Position numbers and translations under genes: made by a program
Assembly: GCA_024638645.1 (NCBI GenBank)
Contig: JAHEJX010000003.1
Coordinates: 1,395 to 65,394, forward strand
Length of the DNA: 64,000 bases
Direction: 5' to 3'
Source of the DNA: Actinomycetes bacterium
GTDB taxonomy: Bacteria > Actinomycetota > Acidimicrobiia > Spongiisociales > UBA5794
In this document: in pieces, positions 55,463 to 64,000 of the stretch
Layout of the letters: every line of letters begins with the position of its first letter
How positions within the stretch are numbered: the first letter of the stretch is position 1
The notes under the pieces: generated by a model
Database searches by the model: none
The model's input: the letters and a program-made list of their open reading frames with translations, nothing else
Told to the model about the DNA's origin: nothing

Positions 55463-56395
55463 GTGAGGCGATCGCTGCAACTGCTGAACCTGGCGGTGGC
55501 TGCCGGCCTGATCGCTGTCGTCGTAGCCGTATACCGGCCGTGGGAAGTGTGGAGCTTCGAGATCAGCTTTTTCGGTGCCCTCGCCACGGCGCTGGTGTTG
55601 GAAGTCTTGCTTGTCCTTGTTTGGGCGAACCGCCACTCTTTGGTTTTGCGCGAGGCGGGAGCCGCCATCCCGGCTCGGAAACTGCTCTGGCTGGTGACCT
55701 TCTCGGGCACGGCCAACAGCCTCACTCCGGCGGCCACGGGTGAAGTTGCCCGAGCGTGGCTGCTGCACCGAAACTTCGGCGTTGCCGTGGAACAGTCTGC
55801 CGGCGCCATCCTGTTCGAACGGGTCTTCATGTTCGGGTTCATGGCGCTGACCGCGCTCTCCGCCGGATTGATCGCTTCTGGAGGAACCGGCTGGCTCAGT
55901 GCCCTCGGTGGCGGTGCAGTCATCGTATACGTGGTCGGCACGCCCTCGCTCGTCGGCCTGTTGGCACCACGGCAACCGACGAGTGATGAGAGCAGCGTGC
56001 GGAACCGGATTCGCTCGGTGCTCGCCAGAGCGTCCGATGTCTGGTCGAATCGGCGCGCCACGCTGCTCACGGCCCTGTGGAGTGCGGCTGCATTCGCCAT
56101 CATGGGCACGATCTTCAAGATCGCCGCAGATAGGGTCGGTCTCGAACTCGACGCCATGACTGTGTGGGCGCTGGTCGGTGGAGCCACCGCGGCCGGCGTG
56201 TTGTCGGCCCTCCCTTTCGGTCTCGGTGCCGCCGAATTGTCCGCAGTTGGGATCGGCGCCCTGATCGGCCTGGACACCCAGGCTGTGGCCGCAGCCTTCG
56301 TCATGTATCGGATCTTGTTCACACTCCCGATCGCCGTGGCCGGCAGCGTGGCTTATGGACGCCTCATGCTGTCCGACGGGTCGAGCTCAACGTGA
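55463..56395 (+). CDS. polytopic membrane protein, flippase-like (UPF0104 / LPG-synthase-TM type, tentative)
   Basis: 310 aa with about 8 TM helices, positioned directly after the GT2. The family call rests on architecture and context, not on a strong motif. Confidence 0.45.
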   Translation: MRRSLQLLNLAVAAGLIAVVVAVYRPWEVWSFEISFFGALATALVLEVLLVLVWANRHSLVLREAGAAIPARKLLWLVTFSGTANSLTPAATGEVARAWLLHRNFGVAVEQSAGAILFERVFMFGFMALTALSAGLIASGGTGWLSALGGGAVIVYVVGTPSLVGLLAPRQPTSDESSVRNRIRSVLARASDVWSNRRATLLTALWSAAAFAIMGTIFKIAADRVGLELDAMTVWALVGGATAAGVLSALPFGLGAAELSAVGIGALIGLDTQAVAAAFVMYRILFTLPIAVAGSVAYGRLMLSDGSSST

Positions 56396-58352
56396 CCGTC
56401 CACCGGCAGTCGTGGCGGGCACGGTGAGCGTGCATCTCGTCTTGGGCTTGGTCTTCCTTGTCTCACTGTTCGTTGCGCCGTCAATTGCGATCTACGCGTA
56501 TCTGGTGAGCCGGCCCAACCGGGCGGCGCATCGTGAAGGCGATCTGCTCGCCGCGGTCGTGCTCGTGGCGGCAACGGTGGTTCTGGGGTTACTGGCGCTC
56601 GCCCGCCTAGGCGCCATCTCGTTGGTGTCGGTTTGGCTCATTGCCGCCGGGGCTCTTGTGGGGAGCGTCTTTGTTCTCAGGCGACAGGCCGTCGAATCAG
56701 CTCCTTTGTCGACGATTTCTCAGATGCGGACGGGACTGCTCTTTGCGGGAGGCGTCGTGATCATTGCGGCGCCCGCTTTGTGGACGATCTTCGGTCGGCT
56801 TGACAGCTTGAATCGAATCTCGGCCTGGTTCTATTGGCAGCAGATTCAACAGTTCATATCCGTCGGTGGCTTCTCCGGCTCGAGTTTCGAATGGGGCGTT
56901 GTCACCGCGGCCTTCGAGCACCACCTCGCCTTCACTGCGCTCGGAGCTGCCACAGCCGAGGCCTCCGGTGCGGCCTCTTCTCTCGCCGGCGCCCAGGCGA
57001 TCCGAATCGTTGCAGGCCTGGCCATGCCCGGTTCCGCCTATCTCGCCGTGCGTTCGTGGCGAGGCGGGCGCTGGGCCGCCGTGGGTGCTGCGCTCCTGGT
57101 TGCGGCGATAAGCGTCACCGCCACCAAACCGATCGGGTTCGTGCCTGAGGGCCTTGGGCACATCCTGGCGATGCTGACTGTGGGGCTCGTCTATCCAGCA
57201 CTCATCGAACGGTCGCGAGCTGCACAAGCTGCGCTCCTGGTCGGCATGGTTGCCACGACCCAAGTGCACGGAATCGCAGCGACGTTCCTATACCTAGTCG
57301 TCGCTGCCGCTCTTCTCGCTTTTGTGGCACTGCCGGACACGGGCCGGAGTAGCAGAGTGAGACTTGTGTTCGCGTTGGGAGCTCTCTCAATAATCGGCGC
57401 TCTACTCGTCGGTCAGACCCTGGGGGCCAGGGCGTCTGATGCTGCCATCCTCAGCGATGCGGCAGAGCTCGACGCCGACGGGTCGGACCCCACTTGGGAG
57501 TTCGTTCTGTGGGCCAACACCCGAGGCAGGCTGAGCGAAGCCGAGCTCGCAACGACTCCGCCCGACAACGGCGAGCTGCTCCGCAACTCGTTCACCCGTG
57601 TCTTCATCAGGGCGGACGGTTGGTGGATAGAAGCGGGGTTTTTCCTGGCGCTCGCCGCGGCCGGCGTCTACGGCGCGGCTCGGCACGGCAATCGGTCGCT
57701 ATTCCCTCTGTTGACGGCGCTGCTCGCCGTCCTTTTTGTCGTGATTGCAGGGGCCGCACTCTCGTTGCCTTATGACACGTACGTCCCTCGCCGAACCGGG
57801 CTGCAGCGACTTGTTCAACTGTGGCCAATCTCTGCCGCCGTGCTTGGCCCGCTGCTCGTTGATCGGCTCCGCAAGAAGGAACCCCTGACCGCGCTGCTGA
57901 CGGCTGCGGTCTTGCTGTGGCTGGTGGCTGCGGGCGGCGTCACCAGCTTGAACCGCAACCATGCCACCCGCGAGCAGGTGCGCGAGCTGGCAGCCCTGCC
58001 CGTTCCGGATGGCGCCCTGATTCTGACCAACGGGTGGACCCAGGGGGCCATCGCCGGAATGACCTCGGGGGGCATCGGTCTCCTTGACGGGCAGGCGCCC
58101 TACCTCAATCCCGAGCTGTTGCCACTCAGCCTCGAAATGCTCGCCGATATACGTGAGTTCTTCATCAGGCCGAGAGGCAACTCCGACATTCCGGGGAAGT
58201 ATGGAGCGGACTTCGTGTTGGTGGCGCAGCGCTCGAATGCGTTTGGCGGAGCCAGGGTCTATAGCGCAAGCGACGATCGCCTCGACCTGACCAGGACGCT
58301 GCAGGCGCTATATCGCAGCGACAACTACACCCTCTATTCCGTCACGGATTGA
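56355..58352 (+). CDS. large polytopic membrane protein (GT-C-like glycosyltransferase candidate)
   Basis: 665 aa with more than 12 TM helices and a soluble C-terminal ~130 aa. The start is uncertain: an ATG at 56355 overlaps the previous gene by 41 nt, and in-frame GTGs occur at 56412 and 56424. Confidence 0.5.
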   Translation: MDASCCPTGRAQRDRPPAVVAGTVSVHLVLGLVFLVSLFVAPSIAIYAYLVSRPNRAAHREGDLLAAVVLVAATVVLGLLALARLGAISLVSVWLIAAGALVGSVFVLRRQAVESAPLSTISQMRTGLLFAGGVVIIAAPALWTIFGRLDSLNRISAWFYWQQIQQFISVGGFSGSSFEWGVVTAAFEHHLAFTALGAATAEASGAASSLAGAQAIRIVAGLAMPGSAYLAVRSWRGGRWAAVGAALLVAAISVTATKPIGFVPEGLGHILAMLTVGLVYPALIERSRAAQAALLVGMVATTQVHGIAATFLYLVVAAALLAFVALPDTGRSSRVRLVFALGALSIIGALLVGQTLGARASDAAILSDAAELDADGSDPTWEFVLWANTRGRLSEAELATTPPDNGELLRNSFTRVFIRADGWWIEAGFFLALAAAGVYGAARHGNRSLFPLLTALLAVLFVVIAGAALSLPYDTYVPRRTGLQRLVQLWPISAAVLGPLLVDRLRKKEPLTALLTAAVLLWLVAAGGVTSLNRNHATREQVRELAALPVPDGALILTNGWTQGAIAGMTSGGIGLLDGQAPYLNPELLPLSLEMLADIREFFIRPRGNSDIPGKYGADFVLVAQRSNAFGGARVYSASDDRLDLTRTLQALYRSDNYTLYSVTD

Positions 58353-59074
58353 TCAGTCTGCCGAGCTATTGTTACGCACCTTTCCGCCCTCCATCACACA
58401 GGACCACCATGACCAATCGGAAACAGGCGCGGGTTCGGCAGCTGAGCCGCGCCTCACTGGTGATCAACTTTCTGACCTTCCCGTTTCGAGCGCTATTCAT
58501 TCGCCAGAGCGACGCCCGCCTGATGACTTCGCTTCGCAGCGAGAGGATGCACTACTCGGCACAGCACGTTCGTGGCGAGACTCTCGACATTGGGTGCGGC
58601 CCTCACAACGTGTTCGTTGATCAGTGGCTCGCCGGCAACGGGAAGGGCGTGGATGTGCATCTGTATGACGGCTTAGAGGCCTCCCACATCGCAGATATGA
58701 CGGACCTGCCACTTTCAGATTCCGCTTTCGACACGGTGACGATGATCGCGACCATCAACCACATACCTGCTCCAGAACGCGAACAGCAGCTGGCCGAGGC
58801 GTTTCGGGTGCTGCGATCCGGCGGCAACATCGTGGTGACTCAACCCAATCCAGTCGCCGGGTACCTCGTGCACAAACTCGTGCACTTCTACTCGGACCTC
58901 GGTACCCACGACAGCATGGATCACGAGCGGGGCATGGAGGATGAAGAGGACCTGTACATGCGCGACCGCCAAATCCGGGCTTTGCTCACAGGCGCAGGCT
59001 TCACGAACCTGCGCAAAACCTATTTCTGGTCCCAGTGGGGCCTCAACCATCTGATCAGCGCAGACAAGGCATGA
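58349..59074 (+). CDS. class I SAM-dependent methyltransferase
   Basis: Motif I is TLDIGCGPHN, and the post-I/II region is AFDTVTMIATINHI ... LRSGGNIVV. The TTG start overlaps the previous stop; an alternative ATG lies at 58409. Confidence 0.75.
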   Translation: MISLPSYCYAPFRPPSHRTTMTNRKQARVRQLSRASLVINFLTFPFRALFIRQSDARLMTSLRSERMHYSAQHVRGETLDIGCGPHNVFVDQWLAGNGKGVDVHLYDGLEASHIADMTDLPLSDSAFDTVTMIATINHIPAPEREQQLAEAFRVLRSGGNIVVTQPNPVAGYLVHKLVHFYSDLGTHDSMDHERGMEDEEDLYMRDRQIRALLTGAGFTNLRKTYFWSQWGLNHLISADKA

Positions 59075-59138
59075 CTGCGGACACCAGCGCTCTCCCAGGC
59101 GGATCGGGCACCTGTTGCGTGGCTAGTCTCGCCGCACA

Positions 59139-60950
59139 GTGACCGATTTCATTACCGGGCTCCTGGCGCTCGCCGCCCTCTATTGGTTGCCTGGAGCAGT
59201 CTTTCTGCGTCGCGCGCAGATTGATCTGCCGAGCCGTCTCGTAGGTTCTGTCGTGGTTTCCTATCCAGCTGTGACCGCTCTCACGGTTCTACTCGGAGCG
59301 GCCGGTGTGCTCTCTCAGCTCACGCTGCTGCTCGTTCCGGTGGTTCTCGTCGGAGCTGCTGCCGCGTTCCCGCTTGGCGCCGAAGTGCTCGATGGGCAGC
59401 AGGCCGACGGTCTGAAGGCTCCGCTGTGGGCCGCCGCCGCCGTTGGTGGGCTGGCGATGGTCCAGGCGCTGCGCCCAAGGTTGTATCGGCTCTTCGACGC
59501 CATGACGACGTGGGCTCCGTGGTCTCGAGAGATCGCCGATTCGGGTGACCTCGCACCGGCATTCATTCAGACATCTGTGGAGGGATTCCCCCCTTCCGTT
59601 GCTCTCATTGCGGGTACGGGATCGCTCCTCACCGGTGGATATGTCGAGACGCACACCTTCCTCGTCCACCCGCTCTTCACCGGGCTCACTTTGGTGACGG
59701 TGGTGCTGCTTGGCGGGTACTTCGCCGGGCGCAGCGGAGGTTGGATTGCACTGCTCGTTGTAGCCGCCACACCCTTACTGGAGCGCGGGATGATGTTCCA
59801 TGACGACCTCGTCGTGAGTTTTTTCACGTCGGCAGCCGTGCTGCTGGCAATTCGAGCAACCAGACCTGCCGGCTGGGCGCTGGCGGGAGCAGCCGCCGGC
59901 GCGGCACTCGCCGTCAAACACCTCGGCGTCGTCGCCGTCTTGCTTGGTGCCGTGGTGCTCTTCACGAGGCGTCCGTCGTGGCAGAGCTGGCTGGCCGCGG
60001 CGGCGGCCTGGCTGGTGGGCCTTCCCTGGTATCTCTGGAACGTCGCCCGTTTCGGCAACCCGGTCTATCCCATGTTCTCCGGGTTCTTCGGTGAGTCGCC
60101 CGAGGTTGTCAGGGTTGTGACGGCGAGAGACGCCAACTTGCAAGCCGTCGGGCGGGGCGCGCTCAGCGAGATCGGACTTCTTGCCCTTGCCGCCGTACTG
60201 ACGGGGGTCGTAGCGGCATTTCTGCGAGCCAAGCGGGAGCGGAATCCCATAATGCTCAGATTCAGTAGTTCCCTGGCGGCAGCCGTTGCCCTGTACCTGG
60301 TGGTCTGGGAGACATCCGGATACGCCACGCGTCATGTGTTGATAGTGCTGCCCGCTGTCGCGGCACTTGCTGGATACGGCTTGGGCGGCCAGTCACGCGA
60401 CACCGATCCATTTTGGCGAAGACATCTTGCGCCTCTGGTTGGGATCGCTGTACTCGCCGTATTCACGGTGTCGAGCATATTGGTTGATGTCGCCGGCGAC
60501 GACGAGCCCGGCGAGGCGTTGCAGACCGGCGTATACACGCTGCTGGCCGGCAAATCCGGACTCGAGGAGATCGTCTCTCCTCCAACTGAGTTGTCGGAGA
60601 TGTACGGGAACTCAGGTGTGGCCTGGGAACTGCTCACAAACTCTGACCCTGAACCGCTCGTGCTCTCCGTCGACGGACGCACGTACTACTACCCCCAACA
60701 GACCTTGGTCGGCCTCGACGTCCGCGCCCTTGCCATATTCGACGGCGCCAATCCCGTATCGCGACACGCCGCAGCTATTGAGGCCGGCGTCGGTTACGTG
60801 ATCGACAACCGCTTACTTCGCTCCCGGCGGTCCGACGACCTGCTGGCTGCGAACGCCTTTTGGAGGGATGTGCGAAGGAGGCCCCTGCTGTACGAGGAGA
60901 TCTTCGCAGGGGGCAGCATCGTCCTATACCGTGTCCTTCCGCCCAACTAG
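59139..60950 (+). CDS. large polytopic membrane protein (ArnT/PMT-like GT-C candidate)
   Basis: 603 aa with about 12 TM helices in the first 400 aa, then a soluble C-terminal domain. The call rests on architecture only. Confidence 0.5.
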   Translation: MTDFITGLLALAALYWLPGAVFLRRAQIDLPSRLVGSVVVSYPAVTALTVLLGAAGVLSQLTLLLVPVVLVGAAAAFPLGAEVLDGQQADGLKAPLWAAAAVGGLAMVQALRPRLYRLFDAMTTWAPWSREIADSGDLAPAFIQTSVEGFPPSVALIAGTGSLLTGGYVETHTFLVHPLFTGLTLVTVVLLGGYFAGRSGGWIALLVVAATPLLERGMMFHDDLVVSFFTSAAVLLAIRATRPAGWALAGAAAGAALAVKHLGVVAVLLGAVVLFTRRPSWQSWLAAAAAWLVGLPWYLWNVARFGNPVYPMFSGFFGESPEVVRVVTARDANLQAVGRGALSEIGLLALAAVLTGVVAAFLRAKRERNPIMLRFSSSLAAAVALYLVVWETSGYATRHVLIVLPAVAALAGYGLGGQSRDTDPFWRRHLAPLVGIAVLAVFTVSSILVDVAGDDEPGEALQTGVYTLLAGKSGLEEIVSPPTELSEMYGNSGVAWELLTNSDPEPLVLSVDGRTYYYPQQTLVGLDVRALAIFDGANPVSRHAAAIEAGVGYVIDNRLLRSRRSDDLLAANAFWRDVRRRPLLYEEIFAGGSIVLYRVLPPN

Positions 60951-60999
60951 TGGCGGTTACGGCATCGGCGCCAGCGGGGAACCGGAGATTCTGACAACT

Positions 61000-61596
61000 A
61001 TGACAGGTGAGCAACGTGCTGCGGCAGATGGATTCCCGTCCGCCGGCTGGATCTTCCTCGGGATCTTCATAGTTGCGTTCTATGGTCTCGTAGCGTACGC
61101 CGGCCAGGACAGCATCGCCGCCGGGCTTCTGATTGCGGGATTCGCATCGCTCCTAGTGCTCGGGGCGCTCGCACTGTGGCAACGCTCTCAGGAGAAACAC
61201 CCGGTGCCGGCAGCTGAATACCTAGCCGTGGTGTGGCTGCTGTCATACGTAGCTTTGGGCACACTCGATGCCGTTGTCGACGGGCAGGCTCCGTCTTGGG
61301 ACTGGTTGGTGCTGGCACCTCCCGTGAGCTTCGTCCCGCCACTGCTGCGGCGGCTGCTTGGGGACGACGGAGATCCCCGCGGCAGGGCGCGCACCGCGAC
61401 GTACTTCGCCCACCAGGCGCTCGGCATCCTGTTCTGTGGGCTCGGTGTGCTCTTCATCATCTCGGTGCTGCTGATCATCGCGGCGCCGATCCCGCTGGTA
61501 CCGGGAATCATGCATCTGCGGGCGGGATACCTCTATCGCCGGCAGCGTAACCCGCCGCCCGAAAAGGACCCTCGCCGCGGCTTCATGGACTCCTAG
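61000..61596 (+). CDS. hypothetical membrane protein
   Basis: Trimmed to MTGEQRAAADGF. It has 5-6 TM helices and I recognise no family. Confidence 0.4.
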   Translation: MTGEQRAAADGFPSAGWIFLGIFIVAFYGLVAYAGQDSIAAGLLIAGFASLLVLGALALWQRSQEKHPVPAAEYLAVVWLLSYVALGTLDAVVDGQAPSWDWLVLAPPVSFVPPLLRRLLGDDGDPRGRARTATYFAHQALGILFCGLGVLFIISVLLIIAAPIPLVPGIMHLRAGYLYRRQRNPPPEKDPRRGFMDS

Positions 61597-61723
61597 CGGC
61601 CGATACCGGCGATCAGGTTTTCGGAGCTTCTGCGGATCCAGCAGGAAATCCTGTGTCTCTCACAGAATATCCGAGTCGGTTCAATCCTTGAATCTGCGCC
61701 AAACGCAGGATACACTGCAATAA

Positions 61724-62089
61724 GTGCAGGATATTACGCCTCTATTGCGTACGGCAACGTTGAAAGAGCTACTGATTGAGCTGTTCTTCCTCTCTGACAA
61801 GCCGCGAACCCTCTCAGATTTGGCGAGGGCCATCGATGTGGATCAGACGACCGTAATGAGAGAGGTCAACCGCCTTCTCGAGACCGGAGTTGTGGTCGAG
61901 GAACGGGTCGGAAGGTCCCGAACCATCGCCATCGACCCCTCGAGTCCCATCGCCGGGCCACTACGGCGCCTCGTTCGGCTGGCCCATGAGCCCCCGGAAG
62001 CCGCGTCAGGACGTACCGAAGGGTTCAGCCCGATGCACGCCGAGCGTGCCGAGCGGCGACCTCTGCCCTCCTCCCGGAGGAGGAACTAG
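61724..62089 (+). CDS. winged-helix transcriptional regulator (ArsR/MarR-like)
   Basis: RTLSDLARAIDVDQTTVMREVNRLLETGVVVEERVGRSR is an HTH plus wing. It has a GTG start, and its stop abuts the rpiB ATG. Confidence 0.6.
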   Translation: MQDITPLLRTATLKELLIELFFLSDKPRTLSDLARAIDVDQTTVMREVNRLLETGVVVEERVGRSRTIAIDPSSPIAGPLRRLVRLAHEPPEAASGRTEGFSPMHAERAERRPLPSSRRRN

Positions 62090-62686
62090 ATGCCACTTCC
62101 GACCGAGGCAGATGTGCGGGCGCTTGTGAGCCAGATCGTTGCCGGCCTGCAGCCGGAGCAGGACGCTCCGCCAGGCGGCGCTCCAACTTCTGCACCTACT
62201 GCAGCAAGTCCGGCGCCAGGCACCAGGATTGCCATCGCGATCGGCGCAGATCACGGCGGATACCCGCTCAAGGAGCGCATCGGGTTTCACCTGCGCGAGC
62301 TGGGCCATGAAGTCATCGACTGCGGAACCGACAGCGGCGATTCCGTCGACTACCCGGACTTTGCCCACGCCGTGGCACAGCGGGTGTCGAGCGGCGCGGC
62401 CGCATGTGGTGTGATCGTCGACGGGGCCGGGATCGGTTCCTCAATGGTCGCCAACAAAGTGCCCGGCATAAGAGCCGCGCTCTGTTACGACATCTCGAGT
62501 GCACGCAACAGCCGCGAGCACAATCACGCCAACGTCCTGACCCTCGGCGCCGGACTCATCGGCAACGGGCTCGCCCTCCAGATTCTCGACGCCTGGCTCG
62601 CTACGCCGTGGGCCGAGGGGCGCCATGCACGTCGCGTCGACAAGATCAACGACGTTGAGCGCCAATATCTGAGGAGCGCTTCATGA
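62090..62686 (+). CDS. rpiB: ribose-5-phosphate isomerase B (RpiB/LacA/LacB family) with a 44-aa N-terminal extension
   Basis: The core is [14 protein letters not shown]...L...[37 protein letters not shown] and REHN.ANVL.LG. The extension is an amphipathic helix ([15 protein letters not shown]) plus a Pro/Ala linker. Confidence 0.85.
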   Translation: MPLPTEADVRALVSQIVAGLQPEQDAPPGGAPTSAPTAASPAPGTRIAIAIGADHGGYPLKERIGFHLRELGHEVIDCGTDSGDSVDYPDFAHAVAQRVSSGAAACGVIVDGAGIGSSMVANKVPGIRAALCYDISSARNSREHNHANVLTLGAGLIGNGLALQILDAWLATPWAEGRHARRVDKINDVERQYLRSAS

Positions 62687-63531
62687 CCAACGAAGCCCTC
62701 GTCGAAGCCGTCACCAAGGAGGTGCTTGCGGCACTGCGGACCACCGACCCGTGTGCAGACTGTCACGGATCATGCGCGGCGCACTCGCCGGACAAGGTGC
62801 GCAGCGTTGTCGCCAATGGGGCCGACCGGGTCAGCTTCAACGGGCACGCCTCCGATGTCCCGAGTGATCTCGCCAAATACATCGACCACACCCTTCTCAA
62901 ACCGGACGCCACCGAGGCGGACATCGACGAGCTTTGCGCTGAAGCTGTCGAATACGGATTCGCCTCGGTGTGCGTCAACCCGACATGGGTGAAGCGAGCT
63001 GCTCAAAACGTGCGGGGCAGCGCGGTTCGAGTCGCCAGCGTGATTGGCTTTCCCTTCGGCGCCACCCCGCCGGAAATCAAAGCAATGGAGGCAAGGCGCG
63101 CGATTCGTGACGGGGCTCGTGAGATCGACATGGTCATCAACGTCGGGGCGCTCAAGTCGGGTGATCACGATCTGGTTCGCAATGACATCGCCAAGGTTTC
63201 CGATGCTTGTCACGAGGCGGGAGCCTTGAACAAGGTCATCATCGAGACATCGCTGCTGAGCGATGAAGAGAAGGTCATGGCCAGCCATCTGGCGCAGCTC
63301 GCCAAGGCCGATTTCGTAAAGACATCGACTGGTTTCGCCGGGGGAGGCGCCACGGTTCATGACGTGCTGCTGATGCGCGAGACAATCGGCCCCAAGATGG
63401 GTATCAAGGCATCGGGCGGAGTACGCAGTAGAGAAGACGCCGAGGAAATGATCGCTGCCGGGGCTACTCGGATCGGCGCCTCGGCCGGAATTGCCATCGT
63501 CACGGGAGGCACATCCAGTGAGCAATATTGA
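62683..63531 (+). CDS. deoC: deoxyribose-phosphate aldolase with a ~60-aa N-terminal extension
   Basis: The core is [41 protein letters not shown] (Schiff-base Lys), GIKASGG and RIGAS. The extension has an amphipathic helix ([15 protein letters not shown]) and CADCHGSC. Confidence 0.9.
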   Translation: MTNEALVEAVTKEVLAALRTTDPCADCHGSCAAHSPDKVRSVVANGADRVSFNGHASDVPSDLAKYIDHTLLKPDATEADIDELCAEAVEYGFASVCVNPTWVKRAAQNVRGSAVRVASVIGFPFGATPPEIKAMEARRAIRDGAREIDMVINVGALKSGDHDLVRNDIAKVSDACHEAGALNKVIIETSLLSDEEKVMASHLAQLAKADFVKTSTGFAGGGATVHDVLLMRETIGPKMGIKASGGVRSREDAEEMIAAGATRIGASAGIAIVTGGTSSEQY

Positions 63532-64000
63532 GTTGCGGTCGTTTGTCTTTCTAGACAGCCTCCAGCCGCAGTACGCCGCATTCATCGGCACGACGGCCTC
63601 GGGCTTCCTGCCCCTGGCGTACGAGACTTCGTTGTTCGTCGAGATCTCACCCGGCATCGAGATCAACCGGCTCACGGACATCGCCCTCAAGTCGAATTCG
63701 GTCAAGCCAGGAATGCAGATCGTTGAGCGTGTTTTCGGGCTGCTCGAGGTGCACTCTCCCGATCAGGCCGAGACTCGGGGAGCGGGGCAGGCAATTCTCG
63801 ATGCAATCGGGTTGAAAGAGGCCGACCGCCTCAAACCGAAGATCCTCTCCAGCCAGATCGTCCGCAACATCGACGATCACCAGGCGCAGCTGATAAACCG
63901 CATGCGCCACGGGCAGATGATCACGCCGGGTCAGACGCTTTACGTGCTCGAGTGCCTTCCGGCGGCCTACGCCGCGTTGGCCGCCAACGAAGCTGAAAAG
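63518..64000 (+). CDS. bacterial microcompartment shell protein, tandem BMC-domain type (3' end outside window)
   Basis: It is not in the ORF track because there is no stop within the window. The GTG at 63518 has GGGAGG 8 nt upstream, and the frame is open to base 64000. My translation is [60 protein letters not shown], then [21 protein letters not shown]. It aligns with the BMC-H pattern ([26 protein letters not shown]..G....G....V.V.GDV.AV..A). Confidence 0.7.
   Translation, partial: MSNIELRSFVFLDSLQPQYAAFIGTTASGFLPLAYETSLFVEISPGIEINRLTDIALKSNSVKPGMQIVERVFGLLEVHSPDQAETRGAGQAILDAIGLKEADRLKPKILSSQIVRNIDDHQAQLINRMRHGQMITPGQTLYVLECLPAAYAALAANEAEK

Noticed and set aside
55123-56322. 399-aa minus-strand ORF
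   Set aside because: It is antisense to the GT2 3' end and the flippase-like gene. Its Ala/Pro/Ser/Thr/Arg-rich translation has no motif, and the plus-strand genes form an overlapping operon.

Overview
GC-rich window with strong third-position GC bias, a tRNA Glu-Asp-Phe cluster and frequent 1-4 nt gene overlaps. It looks like an actinobacterial-type chromosome, though that taxonomic call is inference only. I found no rRNA, CRISPR array, transposase, integrase or phage genes. Most of the window is housekeeping or peripheral metabolism: acyl-CoA dehydrogenase, HIT, nitroreductase, P450, metX, murI, folB plus a fused folK-folE, moaA, hydantoinase A/B, glcDEF, leucine dehydrogenase plus a fused 2-oxoacid dehydrogenase E1 alpha-beta, an OSBS-family enolase, mug, and an ABC-F ATPase. 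Six regions deserve a second look. (1) 52.3-61.6 kb: a clear UDP-sulfoquinovose synthase (SqdB) heads a cluster of epimerase, membrane-anchored GT2, flippase-like protein, methyltransferase and large polytopic membrane proteins. This suggests lipid-carrier-linked sulfoquinovose glycosylation of the envelope rather than classical SQDG lipid synthesis. (2) 61.6-64.0 kb: the window edge cuts into a bacterial microcompartment locus, with a regulator, RpiB and DeoC carrying N-terminal encapsulation-peptide-like helices, and a tandem-BMC shell gene. (3) 19.9-24.0 kb: a SAM-I riboswitch with a Shine-Dalgarno (SD)-sequestering platform appears to gate a 32-codon Met/Cys-containing sORF ahead of an osmC-metY-metY-CoA-binding operon. 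(4) 44.0-44.3 kb: a 21-bp perfect palindrome and a tandem array of a 61-nt hairpin unit lie directly after tRNA-Phe. (5) GGATACC-type heptamer arrays occur in two intergenic regions. (6) 46.1-48.7 kb: a RimK module with a TrkA-C fusion and a Lys-rich repeat tail. All coordinates of small elements were hand-derived and may be off by 1-2 nt. Family names come from motif recognition, not database searches.
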